The notes under the pieces: model-generated
Database searches by the model: none
Told to the model about the DNA's origin: nothing
What the model saw: only the letters and a program-made list of their open reading frames with translations
Shown: positions 1 through 11,089 of the stretch, one piece after another
Layout of the letters: each line of letters starts with the position of its first letter
Numbering within the stretch: position 1 is the first letter of the stretch
Made by a program: the position numbers and the translations under genes
Source: a bacterium
GTDB taxonomy: Bacteria; Auribacterota; Auribacteria; Auribacterales; Auribacteraceae
Direction of reading: 5' to 3'
DNA length: 64,000 bases
Assembly: GCA_024233545.1 (NCBI GenBank)
Contig: JACKPL010000009.1
Span: 6,578-70,577 of the forward strand

Positions 1-1287
1 GAATACCGCGGCACATTGACCGAACCGGGCATCCCAAGCCCCTATCGGAACCGCAGTGTAGAAGAAAACCTTGACTTGTTTGAACGGATGAAAGCAGGCG
101 AATTCGAAGAAGGAACACACCTTCTGCGCGCAAAAATCGATATGGCATCGCCGAATCTCAATATGCGCGACCCCGCAATCTACCGCATTAAGAAAGCCGC
201 TCACCACCGCACCGGCGATACGTGGTGCATCTATCCGATGTATGATTTCGCCCACGGTTTCGAAGATTCAATCGAACGCATTACCCACTCCATCTGCACT
301 CTTGAATTTGAAGACCATCGCCCCTTGTACGACTGGTTTCTAGATAAACTCGGCGTGTTTCATCCTCAACAGATAGAATTCGGGCGCCTTAACCTCACGT
401 ATACGGTCATGAGCAAACGAAAACTCCTGCGCCTCGTTGAAGAAGGGTATGTCTCAGGATGGGATGACCCGCGCATGCCGACGATTGCCGGACTGCGCCG
501 CCGAGGATATACCCCTGAATCAATAAGAAAATTCTGCGAGATTATCGGCGTTACCAAAAGTTTTTCTATATCGGAAATATCCCTGCTCGAATATTGCCTG
601 CGCGAAGATTTAAACCTAAGGGCTCAACGGGTTATGGCTGTCCTGCATCCGCTGAAAGTCACTATCACAAACTATCCTGAAGGTACTGTCGAGATGCTTG
701 ACGCGGTTAATAATCCCGAAGACGAATCTGCCGGAACCCGTAAAATTCCTTTCTCGCGAGTCATTTACATCGAACAAGAAGACTTCATGGAAAACCCGCC
801 GAAACAGTTTTTCCGGTTGTCTCCCGGCAAAGAAGTACGCCTTAAACATGCATACTATATCACCTGCCAACAGGTAATTAAGGATGATGACGGCAACGTC
901 ATTGAACTGCTCTGCACCTATGATCCTCAGACCCGTGGAGGGTGGTCAACCGACGGCAGAAACGTGAAGGGAACCTCGCATTGGGTGTCCGCCGCTCATG
1001 CAGTGGATGCGGAAATTCGGTTATACCATCATCTTTTCACCGTACCGAATCCGGAAGAAGCACCTGAAGGCAAAGATTTTACGGCGAATATCAATCCTCA
1101 TTCGCTCGAGGTTCTGGCCGGCTGTAAAGTAGAACCGTCTCTTGTAGAAGCGGCAAATGGCACAGTGTACCAATTCTTGCGGCAAGGTTATTTCTCCAAA
1201 GACCCTGATTCCACTTCAGATAAACTTGTATTTAATAGAGCTGTTTCATTAAGAGATACATGGCAGAAAGTTAAGAAAAATGTATGA
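1..1287 (+). CDS. glnS: glutaminyl-tRNA synthetase, 5'-truncated by window edge
   Basis: The frame is open from base 1 ([10 protein letters not shown]...). GlnRS blocks are present: [44 protein letters not shown] and a VMSKRKL (KMSKS-type) loop. A C-terminal anticodon-binding region follows, with the stop at 1285-1287. Confidence 0.93.
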   Translation, partial: EYRGTLTEPGIPSPYRNRSVEENLDLFERMKAGEFEEGTHLLRAKIDMASPNLNMRDPAIYRIKKAAHHRTGDTWCIYPMYDFAHGFEDSIERITHSICTLEFEDHRPLYDWFLDKLGVFHPQQIEFGRLNLTYTVMSKRKLLRLVEEGYVSGWDDPRMPTIAGLRRRGYTPESIRKFCEIIGVTKSFSISEISLLEYCLREDLNLRAQRVMAVLHPLKVTITNYPEGTVEMLDAVNNPEDESAGTRKIPFSRVIYIEQEDFMENPPKQFFRLSPGKEVRLKHAYYITCQQVIKDDDGNVIELLCTYDPQTRGGWSTDGRNVKGTSHWVSAAHAVDAEIRLYHHLFTVPNPEEAPEGKDFTANINPHSLEVLAGCKVEPSLVEAANGTVYQFLRQGYFSKDPDSTSDKLVFNRAVSLRDTWQKVKKNV

Positions 1288-1418
1288 TCGTTTTTGCGTT
1301 ATATTAAGAAACAGGATATTTCCCGACTACTATTCATCAATTTTTGTAAGAACGAAAACGGCACATATCGAAAATTTTTCTTGTCAGACAATAGTTTTAA
1401 TAATAAAACTTTATAAGT

Positions 1419-1447
1419 AGAGCAAAATATTGTGCTCTCGCTTTTTC
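1419..1447 (+). terminator. weak hairpin plus T-run downstream of glnS
   Basis: The stem is agagca/tgctct (1419-1424 with 1433-1438), followed by cgcttttt. The stem is short and 2 nt separate it from the T-run. Confidence 0.35.
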
Positions 1448-1488
1448 TGAATTATCTTTATAATACTTCACTATGAAAGGTTTAAAGC

Positions 1489-2223
1489 ATGAAAAATGTG
1501 CATCTTCTCCGCTATATAAAATTTCTTGGTTTGTGCATTCTTATTTCCGGCTGTAAAGCGGCACCCGGCAAGAACACGGATTTTATTACTTCTTCTCTTA
1601 TGACAAAACACGAAGACCTCCCTTTCCACAGTGCATGGATTCGAGAAGGATTGGATAAGAGCATCTATGATAAAGTCTATATTGCGCCGGTAAATACCTC
1701 ATATGTTCTGATTGATGAAAACGACTGGTGGAAGAATTCATTTAAAAATTACAGCGAATTAAAAAAAGATGTGGAAAAAACAGGCGAATATATGCGTGAA
1801 ACATTCATTGCCGCATTTAAAAAAGACCCTCACAAACGGTTCAAAGTAGTAAATACTCCCGATGAAACTACGTTTATCGTAGAACTTGCATTGACCGAAT
1901 TAACACCCAACAAACCATACCTGAAATTAGCTCGGTTTGCTCCATTCGGCGCCGGCGCGGCAGTGTCGCTCCTAAACCAGACAAATTTAAGTACCGTCGC
2001 ATTCGAATCACGCATACGCGACGGTAAAACAGGAGAGATTGTCGCTATGTTCGCCGACCGCGAACAAGAAAAAAAGTATCTTGCCACAACTAAAAACCTC
2101 ACATGGTACGGACACGCGAACGAAGTCATTCAGGATTGGGCAAACCAGTTTGTCGAGCTAGGCAACAGAGAACCGGGCAGTATAATCAAAGACAGCGCGA
2201 CATTCGGGCTTAAACCATGGTAA
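1489..2223 (+). CDS. putative lipoprotein (DUF3313-like, from memory)
   Basis: A GAAAGG RBS lies upstream. The signal peptide has a lipobox (LCILISGC). The ORF is a clean 244 aa. The family assignment rests only on recollection of size and architecture. Confidence 0.7.
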   Translation: MKNVHLLRYIKFLGLCILISGCKAAPGKNTDFITSSLMTKHEDLPFHSAWIREGLDKSIYDKVYIAPVNTSYVLIDENDWWKNSFKNYSELKKDVEKTGEYMRETFIAAFKKDPHKRFKVVNTPDETTFIVELALTELTPNKPYLKLARFAPFGAGAAVSLLNQTNLSTVAFESRIRDGKTGEIVAMFADREQEKKYLATTKNLTWYGHANEVIQDWANQFVELGNREPGSIIKDSATFGLKPW

Positions 2224-2286
2224 TCTTCCGCTTGCTTATTACATAAAAGCTATTTTTCCATGAAAAGAGCGATTTTCAACATTCAG

Positions 2287-2302
2287 AAAAAAAGGGGGGG
2301 GG
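2287..2302 (+). repeat. A7-G9 homopolymer tract ending 3 nt before the start codon of the next gene
   Basis: Read directly: aaaaaaa (2287-2293), ggggggggg (2294-2302), ttt, then ATG at 2306. Confidence 0.9.
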
Positions 2303-2305
2303 TTT

Positions 2306-3085
2306 ATGCATCGTTTATTTATATATGGATATATAGGTATTTTACTCAGTATTATTCATCAAGCATCAGCGGCAGATTCGTACACACGGTTTTTATTAAA
2401 CGAACTTGATAACTGCGCTCAAAAAATCTCATCGGCGCTTCCAATTACCTTTCAATCTGAAACGTATTTCATGAGCCATTGGATAGATGAGGGTTCTAAC
2501 GTTGCGCCTCATGGATTGAACATACACCAATTTTACCGCGGTTATTTTACCGTTGATGCGTTCTCGGTAGGATATGAATATTTTCAAGCTGATTTTGAAC
2601 ATGCTCACCCACACACGCTCGAGCGAGGGCATACGTTTTTTTCTGAATTCAGCGTTGGAAAAATAACGCTCGTTCCCTTATGGACATACATAGATATCCC
2701 TCATGAATATGGCGACGACTCAGGTGAATTGGGTTTAGCGGTTTCCTTTGATATCCCGCTCAACCCTTCTTTTATGTTTAATTACGATTATGACGAAGTA
2801 AAAGGTTTTTATTTTGAATGGAGCATTTCCCATGAATTCTCAATTGAAAAAAATGGGTGTGCGCTTGTTTACTTAACACCTTCAGCAACAATGGGATTAG
2901 ATGCTGATAAAGCATCTGAAAATGTAACGTTCACGCATATTGATTTCGGCTTGGATGCCACTGTACCTTTCTATCGCTCTATCATGGTTAGCGGGTTTAT
3001 TCACTTCACAAAAGGGTTGCGCCCTTCCGAAGGGTTTGAATCTGTCGTACCATGGGGCGGATTTGCGTTGTCCTTGGAATTGTGA
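2306..3085 (+). CDS. secreted or outer-membrane hypothetical protein
   Basis: The N-terminal signal peptide ends ...IIHQASA/ADS. Aromatic-rich alternating segments are compatible with a small beta-barrel. No family was recognised. Confidence 0.6.
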   Translation: MHRLFIYGYIGILLSIIHQASAADSYTRFLLNELDNCAQKISSALPITFQSETYFMSHWIDEGSNVAPHGLNIHQFYRGYFTVDAFSVGYEYFQADFEHAHPHTLERGHTFFSEFSVGKITLVPLWTYIDIPHEYGDDSGELGLAVSFDIPLNPSFMFNYDYDEVKGFYFEWSISHEFSIEKNGCALVYLTPSATMGLDADKASENVTFTHIDFGLDATVPFYRSIMVSGFIHFTKGLRPSEGFESVVPWGGFALSLEL

Positions 3086-3145
3086 GTTCATATCATTCGG
3101 ATAAAATCTAAGAGTAAATGTATTTTTAGGATGATTTTTTGCCAT

Positions 3146-3883
3146 TCAGTAGGTAGGAATATTTCGTTTTTCAAATATGCGCCTGATTTTTTTCATCACA
3201 TCAGCCGACGGCGTTTCAACACCATGCAGTACGTAGGTATCGCCGACTAACTGCCATTTAAACTCGCCCATGGAATGATAAGGCAGAAGCTCAACTTTCT
3301 CGACATTCGGCATATCGCCGATAAAATCAGCTAACTGCCGAGCCGATGCCGTATCGTCGGTATACCCGGGAAGAATTACATACCGAATCCATGTCGGTTT
3401 ATTGATCTCGCACAGATACCGCGCCATCGCAAGTGTCTTCTGATTCGATGCACCGGTAATCCGTTTGAAAACAGCATCGTTCATACTTTTGATATCAAGC
3501 AATATAAGATCGGTGCAGTCGAGCAATTCCCGAATCGCCGGATCGTCTATTGAAGCAAAGCCGGAAGTATCGAGCGCAGTGTGTATAGAATGTTCTTTGC
3601 ACTTTTTAAATAATTCTGTTAAGAAAACCGCATGAATTGTCGGTTCGCCGCCGGTTGCTGTTACACCGCCGTTCGACGCGGCAAAATAGGGCATATAACT
3701 TTTTATTTCTTGAAAAAGCCCGTCAACAGTAACTTCTCTGCCCGCCTGACTATCCCACGTATCTCTGTTGTGGCAGTATATGCACTTGAGAAGGCATCCT
3801 TGAAAAAAAATTACATAGCGAATACCGGGACCGTCTACTGTTCCAAATGTTTCGATTGAATGAATGCGAGCAACAGCCGCCAT
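3146..3883 (-). CDS. pflA: pyruvate formate-lyase activating enzyme (radical SAM)
   Basis: CLLKCIYCHNRDTW is a CxxxCxxC cluster motif, preceded by GTVDGPGIRYVIFFQGC. The start was chosen at MAAVARIH (ATG 3883). The gene lies directly downstream of pflB. Confidence 0.9.
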   Translation of the reverse strand: MAAVARIHSIETFGTVDGPGIRYVIFFQGCLLKCIYCHNRDTWDSQAGREVTVDGLFQEIKSYMPYFAASNGGVTATGGEPTIHAVFLTELFKKCKEHSIHTALDTSGFASIDDPAIRELLDCTDLILLDIKSMNDAVFKRITGASNQKTLAMARYLCEINKPTWIRYVILPGYTDDTASARQLADFIGDMPNVEKVELLPYHSMGEFKWQLVGDTYVLHGVETPSADVMKKIRRIFEKRNIPTY

Positions 3884-3893
3884 ATTCCGCACT

Positions 3894-6167
3894 CTATATT
3901 CGCGTATGGAACGTTCGGGAAATAACATCCATTTGCTGAGCTTTGGTCAGCTTAATAAAATTGACTGCATACCCCGATACGCGAATCGTCAATTGCGGAT
4001 ATCGTTCGGGATGAGAAATTGCGTCAAGCAGTGTATCACGGTCCAGCACGTTTACATTGATATGATGCCCATTCTGCTGAAAATAAACATCAATCATTGA
4101 TTTTAGGTTGCGTATCTTGCTCGCTTGATCTTTTCCCAGCGTATTCGGGTCAACGGAGAATGTGTACGATATTCCGTCCAGCGCATATTCGTACGGCAGT
4201 TTTGCAAGCGACTCAAGCGATGCAAGAGCTCCTTTGCGGTCTCTGCCGTGCATAGGGTTAGCGCCCGGCGCAAACGGTTCTCCGTACTTTCTTCCATCCG
4301 GTGTATTGCCGGTTTTTTGTCCGTATACGACGTTTGATGTTATGGTAAGAATTGATTGTGTGGGAGTTGCATTGCGGTATGTTTTGTTTTTCGCAACTTT
4401 TTTCATGAACTGTTTTACTAAATCTTTAGCTATTTCATCAACGCGGTCATCGTTATTGCCGAATGTCGGATAATCCCCTTCGGTCTCAAAATCGACAACC
4501 AATCCATGTTCATTTTTGATAGCTTTAACTTTAGCATACTTGATTGCCGACAATGAATCGGCACAGACTGACAATCCGGCAATTCCGCATGCCATGGTAC
4601 GCATGACATTTTGGTCGTGCAGTGCCATCTGAAGGCTTTCATAACAATATTTATCATGCATGTAATGAATAACGTTGAGCGCATTGACATATTGAGTAGT
4701 CAGCCAATCGAGAAACCGGTCGAACTTTTCCATCACTTCTTCATAATCGAGATATTCAGATGTAATCGGCTGGAATTGAGGGCCGACTTGAACGCCTTTC
4801 ACTTCATCCCTACCGCCGTTGATTGCATACAATAACGCTTTGGCAAGATTACAGCGCGCGCCGAAAAACTGCATCTGTTTGCCGATTTTCATAGCGGAAA
4901 CACAACAGGCGATACCGTAATCGTCGCCCCAAAAAGTATGCATTAAATCGTCGTTTTCATATTGGATAGAGCTCGTATCAACCGATACTTTACAACAAAA
5001 TTCTTTAAAATTTTCCGGCAGGTTTTTCGACCATAACACAGTCAAGTTCGGTTCGGGAGACGGACCGAGTGTATATAATGTATTCAAGATACGAAAAGAC
5101 GTTTTCGTAACCATCGTCCTGCCGTCTAACCCCATGCCGCCGATAACTTCCGTAACCCATGTCGGATCGCCGGAAAACAGTTCGTTATAGTCTGGTGTAC
5201 GTAAGAACTTGACCATTCTGAGTTTCATGACAAAATGATCGATCAGTTCCTGTGCCTGCGATTCAGTAAGAAGACCGCTTTTTATATCGCGCTCAATATA
5301 AATATCGAGAAAGGTAGATATCCTTCCGATACTCATTGCCGCACCGTTTTGCTGTTTTACCGCTCCTAAATAGGCGAAATAGAGCCATTGAACCGCTTGG
5401 CGGGCATTCTGCACAGGCCCGGAAATATCGAATCCATAACTCTGCGCCATGATTTTCAGTTCTTCCAATGCTTTAATTTGTTCGCTGATTTCTTCGCGCA
5501 ACTGGATGGTCGGTTCGTCAAGAATCGTATTTTCAAGCGACAATTTCTGGTCGTTTTTATCGGCAATCAACCGGTCAACACCGTACAAAGCAACACGCCG
5601 GTAGTCGCCTATGATGCGCCCGCGCCCGTATGCATCCGGCAAACCGGTAATAATGCCGGCATTGCGCGCTTCGCGAATCTCTTCGGTATAGACGTCAAAT
5701 ACGCCGTCATTGTGCGTTTTACGGTATTTATAAAAAATTTCTTTTACTTTTTCGTCAAGGGTATATCCATACGCCTCGCAGGATTTTTCTACCATTCTGA
5801 TTCCGCCATACGGCATGATAGCGCGTTTCAGCGGCGCATCAGTCTGCAAACCGACAATTTCTTCTAATTCTCTATTGATATATCCCGGGTTATGAGAACA
5901 TACTCCCGATATGGTTTCGGTATCAATATCGAGAGTTCCGCCTTTTTCATGTTCTTTTTTAAACAACTCGCGGACGATGTCCCATAATTTTTCCGTTTTC
6001 TTTGTTGCTCCAGCTAAAAACGAATCATCTCCGGTATACGGTGTATAGTTAAGCTGTATAAATTCCCTGACGTTGATCTCATTATTCCATTTTCCCGTCT
6101 TGAACGGTTCAAGCGCCTTTCGCATATTTTTCGACTTCGCTTTTACTTCTACAGCGGTCTCGTACAT
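3894..6167 (-). CDS. pflB: formate C-acetyltransferase (pyruvate formate-lyase)
   Basis: The glycyl-radical motif RVSGYAVNF is near the C-terminus and the active-site CC is in [10 protein letters not shown]. The start was chosen at MYETAVEV (ATG 6167) behind a GGAGAA RBS; the track ORF extends further upstream. Confidence 0.95.
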   Translation of the reverse strand: MYETAVEVKAKSKNMRKALEPFKTGKWNNEINVREFIQLNYTPYTGDDSFLAGATKKTEKLWDIVRELFKKEHEKGGTLDIDTETISGVCSHNPGYINRELEEIVGLQTDAPLKRAIMPYGGIRMVEKSCEAYGYTLDEKVKEIFYKYRKTHNDGVFDVYTEEIREARNAGIITGLPDAYGRGRIIGDYRRVALYGVDRLIADKNDQKLSLENTILDEPTIQLREEISEQIKALEELKIMAQSYGFDISGPVQNARQAVQWLYFAYLGAVKQQNGAAMSIGRISTFLDIYIERDIKSGLLTESQAQELIDHFVMKLRMVKFLRTPDYNELFSGDPTWVTEVIGGMGLDGRTMVTKTSFRILNTLYTLGPSPEPNLTVLWSKNLPENFKEFCCKVSVDTSSIQYENDDLMHTFWGDDYGIACCVSAMKIGKQMQFFGARCNLAKALLYAINGGRDEVKGVQVGPQFQPITSEYLDYEEVMEKFDRFLDWLTTQYVNALNVIHYMHDKYCYESLQMALHDQNVMRTMACGIAGLSVCADSLSAIKYAKVKAIKNEHGLVVDFETEGDYPTFGNNDDRVDEIAKDLVKQFMKKVAKNKTYRNATPTQSILTITSNVVYGQKTGNTPDGRKYGEPFAPGANPMHGRDRKGALASLESLAKLPYEYALDGISYTFSVDPNTLGKDQASKIRNLKSMIDVYFQQNGHHINVNVLDRDTLLDAISHPERYPQLTIRVSGYAVNFIKLTKAQQMDVISRTFHTRI

Positions 6168-6375
6168 AGGATTTCTCCTCTTTTTGTGAACATACTTATA
6201 TTTATTATCGGAATATACTGCCAGAAAACGAAATTTTTTTCCATATTTTATTTTCTTTTTTGAGCAAAATATCACATCTGAACCGAAATATTACTGCTAA
6301 TTCCTCATGAAATGGGCAAACAGGCAATAAGCACGTAACTTGTTTAATACCAACACATACGCATTTTATTGAAAC

Positions 6376-6432
6376 AAAAAATAAAAACCGCCGCACCGGC
6401 TTCCCCTTTATAAAGGGCATCCGGTGCGGCGG
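6376..6432 (-). terminator. rho-independent terminator after the large secreted-protein gene
   Basis: A perfect 12-bp GC-rich stem, ccgccgcaccgg/ccggtgcggcgg (6388-6399 with 6421-6432), is followed on the minus strand by tttttatttttt. Confidence 0.8.
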
Positions 6433-6483
6433 TGAGGAAATGAATGTATCCGTTTTCCGAGGGCTTCGGACACAATGCCGGCT

Positions 6484-9400
6484 TTATTCTTCCACGGGCT
6501 TAAACGCTCTGATATTATCGATTTTAACTGCGCCCGACTCGACAAAATTAACTACAGTCTGCAAGAATAAAATGTTTACCTTTTCAACTTTCGAATAATC
6601 CGGCGTTGCCCACCACGACTCATTATAGGTTAAGTCATTGATAGAAAACGAATATTTTACCCATCCCCGGTCAGCTTTCGGTATCGCCACAAGGTGAGCG
6701 TTAGGTACACGAAACGATTTGACGGTGCCGGTTTGATTGCATACAGCAATGATTTCAACCGCAATAACGCTTTGCACATCATTCGCCAACGTGGAAAGAA
6801 TATCGAACTGGATGGTGCCGCCGGCTAAATCCTTGCGCGGGTTCCATGCATAACTTTTCGCCATCCCGAACGACGCCCACGCCGGAGGCACATTGCCGGC
6901 AGGCGAATTGAAATTGATCTGAAGCCATTTATTTGATGCATCACCAAGAATGACCTGCGATGTTTTTTCTAAACCGAACACATAATAGCCGGGCACCAAA
7001 TTGGGATCGGTATTTACCGGATAAGTTTCGAACGTATCTTCGAATACCAGTTCAAGAAGATCGTTAGGATTCGTATTGTATACTAATACTTCATCGTAAT
7101 CGCTAATGCCGTCGCCGTCGGTATCGATTGATGTGGGGTCGGTATAATAGACAAACACTTCTTCGCCATCCTGCAATCCGTCGCCGTCGGTATCGGGATT
7201 GAGTTTGCTGGTGTTGATTGCACCTATTCCGGGGATACCGAGGTCTTCGTCATCATCAACCAGCAAATCGTTATCGGTATCTTTGCCGCGCCGCACTATT
7301 AACCCTTGAGTCACTGAATTATAATACGCATTTATTTGAGATTGCGTAACACCCGCACCGCCGTTCCAAAGCATTTCGACTTCTTCTTCTGTCAAGGCAC
7401 GGTTATAGATTCTGACTTCGTCGAGATATCCGTTGAAGTTATACGCAGTATAAGGAAGCCATGCGCCGACCTGAATATTTTTTCCGAACGCATCACCGAT
7501 CGGTTGTCCGGTTGTCTGGCTGTTCAATCTATTTATGCCGTCGATAAACTCGACCATATAATACCCGTTATAACTGCCGACATAGAGATGCCACTGGCCC
7601 TCGACAAAAAAGTTATTCTCGCCGCGAAGGTTGGAATCGACAAGAATACCACTGTAGTTTTGATCCCACAGCTCGAAGTAATGGGTACCGGTTACCCATC
7701 CCGATGCAGGGCCGCCCCACCATTCAGCGGCATTGATGAATTTGTAATTTCTCAATCCGCCGCCGGTATCGTATAAATCATCGGATTTGAACCACAACGC
7801 CACGGTAAAGTTTTTGAGCCCGGCAACAGGATTGGCAGTGGACTGCAGATATCCCTGCGATGCGCCGGTAAACCGGAATGCGCCGCCGACTTTCCCTCCG
7901 CTTGCCGGATACGCCTGAGAAAGGTTGACAATCGATGCGTCATAAATTTTGCCGCTGTTATCGTAGACTGTAAGCGCTCCTGTATTGTAGTCGCCCTCAT
8001 CAAACGAGTAATACATTACCAGCCCGTCTCGGTTCAGGTTGATTCCGAACGGGTAATTCGAGGAATCTTCAGAAGTTAACGCTTGAGCGCTTACTTCACT
8101 TACCACCGCTCGTATTTTATAGTTTGACGATTCCAGCGCCGATTCATCAAACGTAAGCGTGTGAGTAACTTGCCTATCAGAATTATCTACATTGACAGTG
8201 ATGCCTTGCGCCAATGGCGTCTGAGTGGCGAAATTATCAGCGCTTACATATACATCAAGCAGTAGATTATCGGTATCATTGTCATAGACCGCAATGTCGA
8301 CATTGATCGTCTCATCAAGGATATACAAATTGCCCCCGTTCGGCGTGACGATCTCGCACATCGGCGCTTTTGCCGCCGAACCCGACGGCGTTACTGCCGT
8401 AGGAATAAGATTCTTGTACGATTCTTGCGCATCAAGCTCATAAAAATGCACTGCCGTTCCGATAAATGCGGGGTTTAGCGTATAGTATGAAGCATGAGTA
8501 TTGGCATATGCAATCTCAACTCGTTTGGCCATAATTTCAAGGCGTTTGTTGCCCAATGTCCAAAACGATACCGCCGAGCCTACACTACTGTCTGTCTCGA
8601 GGGCTACGTAGACCGAGTCGTTATAGCCTGACGTTTGTGCATACTGAAGTTCTTCTGCGCAAAGTTGCGGCGTCGCAGGGCCGGTGGAATAATTCATAAC
8701 CACAACGTAATCGGTGAGGTCTTGTACTTTTTGATACCCTTCTTTAGAATCAACCAGCGGAATACCATTTGCCGAATCATACCAGTAAGCAATCGCCGCA
8801 CCGAACTTTAGGCGTTTGGTCAACAGCGCATTTCGGTTATTGACCTCAGCGGCATATGCGGTAAGGTTTTCGATATAGTCATGCCATATTTCTGATTTAT
8901 GGTCTTCCCACAATGGAAGAGGCACCTCTGAAGCATTGATGAACGATTGAGTCAAACCATGGGGTTCTACGTCGAGCAGAATACCATCAAATTGTTCTTC
9001 TGCTCGAGCTTGCTCGTTGTATAAATATGCGGCATTGATATGGTCTTTCGCATCTTGCGGGAACTCGCCGTAATCTGTTCCGCTTGGATAGGTATCGTCT
9101 CCGCCGCCGTTGAGCGCCCATTCCGGCGTGCCGGCAAGGTAGTGTACTTCTATACCGCGGCTGTGAGCATCAGCGATGAAATCCCGTATTTTCGCCACCG
9201 CCGTGGACTGTGTAATCGGCTGAGGCAGAATTTCAGTTCCGTTCGTAAAAGCAATAAATATCGTATCGATTTTGTTTTCCGGTTTGCCGTGCGGAGCGGC
9301 AAGAAAACTGAAAAATTCTTCGCGGGCATTTTCATGGAGGGGATTATTGTCGGCATTAACGATATTGAGCGTTTCGTCCCATACAAATAAAGCACGTTTA

Positions 9401-9942
9401 TTTTGCGCTTGAATTTCTACATTATGATAATAAGGAATGGCAAGCGGATTCATTTGCTCATTATCGCCGCCGCCATAAACCGCGGCCGCGAACTGCGCAT
9501 AATTTGCCGCAGTCAACCACATGTTTGCGTCGCTCAGTTTGAATGTCCATGTTACCCTTAAACCGGTTTGCGGAACGGTGATAGCCTGCGCAGTTGCAGA
9601 ACCGGCAAGAAAATACTGGTACGTTCCCGGATTGAACGTTTCGTTCCAATGAAGGACATACGCGGAATCGCGGCAGAATGATTTAACAACGCCGTCGTTC
9701 CATCGGCGCAACCCGATTTCTGTGCCGTCTGCTCCGTTGACTAACTTCAATTCGACGGAACTGATTGAAGTGCTGTAATAATCTGCCGTCACTGTGTATT
9801 GATAGGCATTTCCAGCCCTCAGTACATCAATTTGATGCACAATCATGTTAGCCGGAGCAGTACCAGCACTTGCACAATTCGGAAGAAACAATACTCGCAA
9901 TGCAAGGAGTATAAAACTTACTTTCCATAGCGAACTGTTCAT
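6484..9942 (-). CDS. 1152-aa secreted multidomain protein with LamG-type and thrombospondin-type-3-like repeats
   Basis: Signal peptide MNSSLWKVSFILLALRVLFLPNCASA. A LamG-type block ends YLDEVRIYNRALTEEEVEMLWNGG. Ca-binding TSP3-like repeats are DTDNDLLVDDDED, DTDGDGLQDGEE and DTDGDGISDYDE. A TIM-barrel glycosidase-like middle region is inference only. Confidence 0.85.
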   Translation of the reverse strand: MNSSLWKVSFILLALRVLFLPNCASAGTAPANMIVHQIDVLRAGNAYQYTVTADYYSTSISSVELKLVNGADGTEIGLRRWNDGVVKSFCRDSAYVLHWNETFNPGTYQYFLAGSATAQAITVPQTGLRVTWTFKLSDANMWLTAANYAQFAAAVYGGGDNEQMNPLAIPYYHNVEIQAQNKRALFVWDETLNIVNADNNPLHENAREEFFSFLAAPHGKPENKIDTIFIAFTNGTEILPQPITQSTAVAKIRDFIADAHSRGIEVHYLAGTPEWALNGGGDDTYPSGTDYGEFPQDAKDHINAAYLYNEQARAEEQFDGILLDVEPHGLTQSFINASEVPLPLWEDHKSEIWHDYIENLTAYAAEVNNRNALLTKRLKFGAAIAYWYDSANGIPLVDSKEGYQKVQDLTDYVVVMNYSTGPATPQLCAEELQYAQTSGYNDSVYVALETDSSVGSAVSFWTLGNKRLEIMAKRVEIAYANTHASYYTLNPAFIGTAVHFYELDAQESYKNLIPTAVTPSGSAAKAPMCEIVTPNGGNLYILDETINVDIAVYDNDTDNLLLDVYVSADNFATQTPLAQGITVNVDNSDRQVTHTLTFDESALESSNYKIRAVVSEVSAQALTSEDSSNYPFGINLNRDGLVMYYSFDEGDYNTGALTVYDNSGKIYDASIVNLSQAYPASGGKVGGAFRFTGASQGYLQSTANPVAGLKNFTVALWFKSDDLYDTGGGLRNYKFINAAEWWGGPASGWVTGTHYFELWDQNYSGILVDSNLRGENNFFVEGQWHLYVGSYNGYYMVEFIDGINRLNSQTTGQPIGDAFGKNIQVGAWLPYTAYNFNGYLDEVRIYNRALTEEEVEMLWNGGAGVTQSQINAYYNSVTQGLIVRRGKDTDNDLLVDDDEDLGIPGIGAINTSKLNPDTDGDGLQDGEEVFVYYTDPTSIDTDGDGISDYDEVLVYNTNPNDLLELVFEDTFETYPVNTDPNLVPGYYVFGLEKTSQVILGDASNKWLQINFNSPAGNVPPAWASFGMAKSYAWNPRKDLAGGTIQFDILSTLANDVQSVIAVEIIAVCNQTGTVKSFRVPNAHLVAIPKADRGWVKYSFSINDLTYNESWWATPDYSKVEKVNILFLQTVVNFVESGAVKIDNIRAFKPVEE

Positions 9943-10290
9943 AAAAGGTCCTTTCTGTATGATTTTGTACTATCTGAAATACAATGTGAGATCAAAGGGA
10001 TGCATTGGGATGATTAAAACACCTGCTCAACGCCTCCAACACGTGCTTTAAAATAAAAATAGTTCTTTTGCCATTGTTTGACAAATGCTAAAAGGGAAAG
10101 TTCCCTAAATAGTGTAAAAAACTTCATATTCAGGATGATAATATCATAAAACCTTCAGTGAAAGCAAAGAGAATAATCCGGAAAGCCGGATTTTGATTTG
10201 ATGATTTGCAAAATTTATGCAAAACTATATACCGATCCCCTTTAAAGTTAAGAGAGCATTTTTTTATATAAATTTGAGAAGGAAGAATAA

Positions 10291-11089
10291 ATGAATCTCA
10301 AAGATTTCAAAGCCGGCATTTATATACAGCAATACAAATATAAAAGTTTTTCTCCTGCAGAAATAAATCATACTTGGGTTTGGACAGAACCTTCCATAAA
10401 TACTCTTTTAGAAAGAGCACCCCAAACACTCGGCGAATTAAACGGCTTATCTTCCATTGTTCCTGATATCGATCTATTTATTCAGATGCATATTATGAAA
10501 GAAACGAATAAATCGAGCAGGATTGAAGGGACAAAAACGAGTATTGACGAAAATCTGATGAAGAAAGAAGAGGTAGCTCCGAAAAAAAAGACGACTGGCA
10601 AGAGGTAATGGCAGAATCGGCAGGCTTTTAATTACCGTATATCTTGTCAGCAATGGATTGTTGAATAAACCTTCATTGTATTTATCCGATTTCTTCGAAA
10701 AAAACAGAGCGTCTTATTACGACGCATTATCGCGAGTACGAGAATCAAACGACCTTATTCACTGGATAAAGTTTTTTCTTAATGCTGTAATTGTCACGGC
10801 ATCAAAAGGAAAAGAAACATTTAACGACATTTTTAAATTAAAAAATATTGTCGATAACAAAATTATTACATTAAACCGGCGTGCTCCAAACGCACAAAAA
10901 TTGATGATATTACTTTATCGAAAACCGGTTGTTAATTGTAATGATGTAGAAAAATGTTTGAATATTTCGAAAACCTCGGCAAACAAGTTAATAAAAGTTT
11001 TTGTTGAACAAGAAATTTTAAAAGAACTGACCGGAAATATCAGGTATAGATATTTTATTTTTAAAGATTATTTTAATCTTTTTATATGA
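10291..11089 (+). pseudogene. Fic-family gene with the catalytic core deleted and a frameshift
   Basis: The N-terminal Fic-associated region (MNLKDFKAGIYIQQYKYKSFSP...SSRIEGT) breaks at an A8 run. KKDDWQEV, read in another frame, abuts GNGRIGRLLITVYLVSNGLL...LYLSDFFEKNR in a third frame. The segment that should carry HPFxxGNG and roughly 100 aa before it is missing. Confidence 0.75.
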
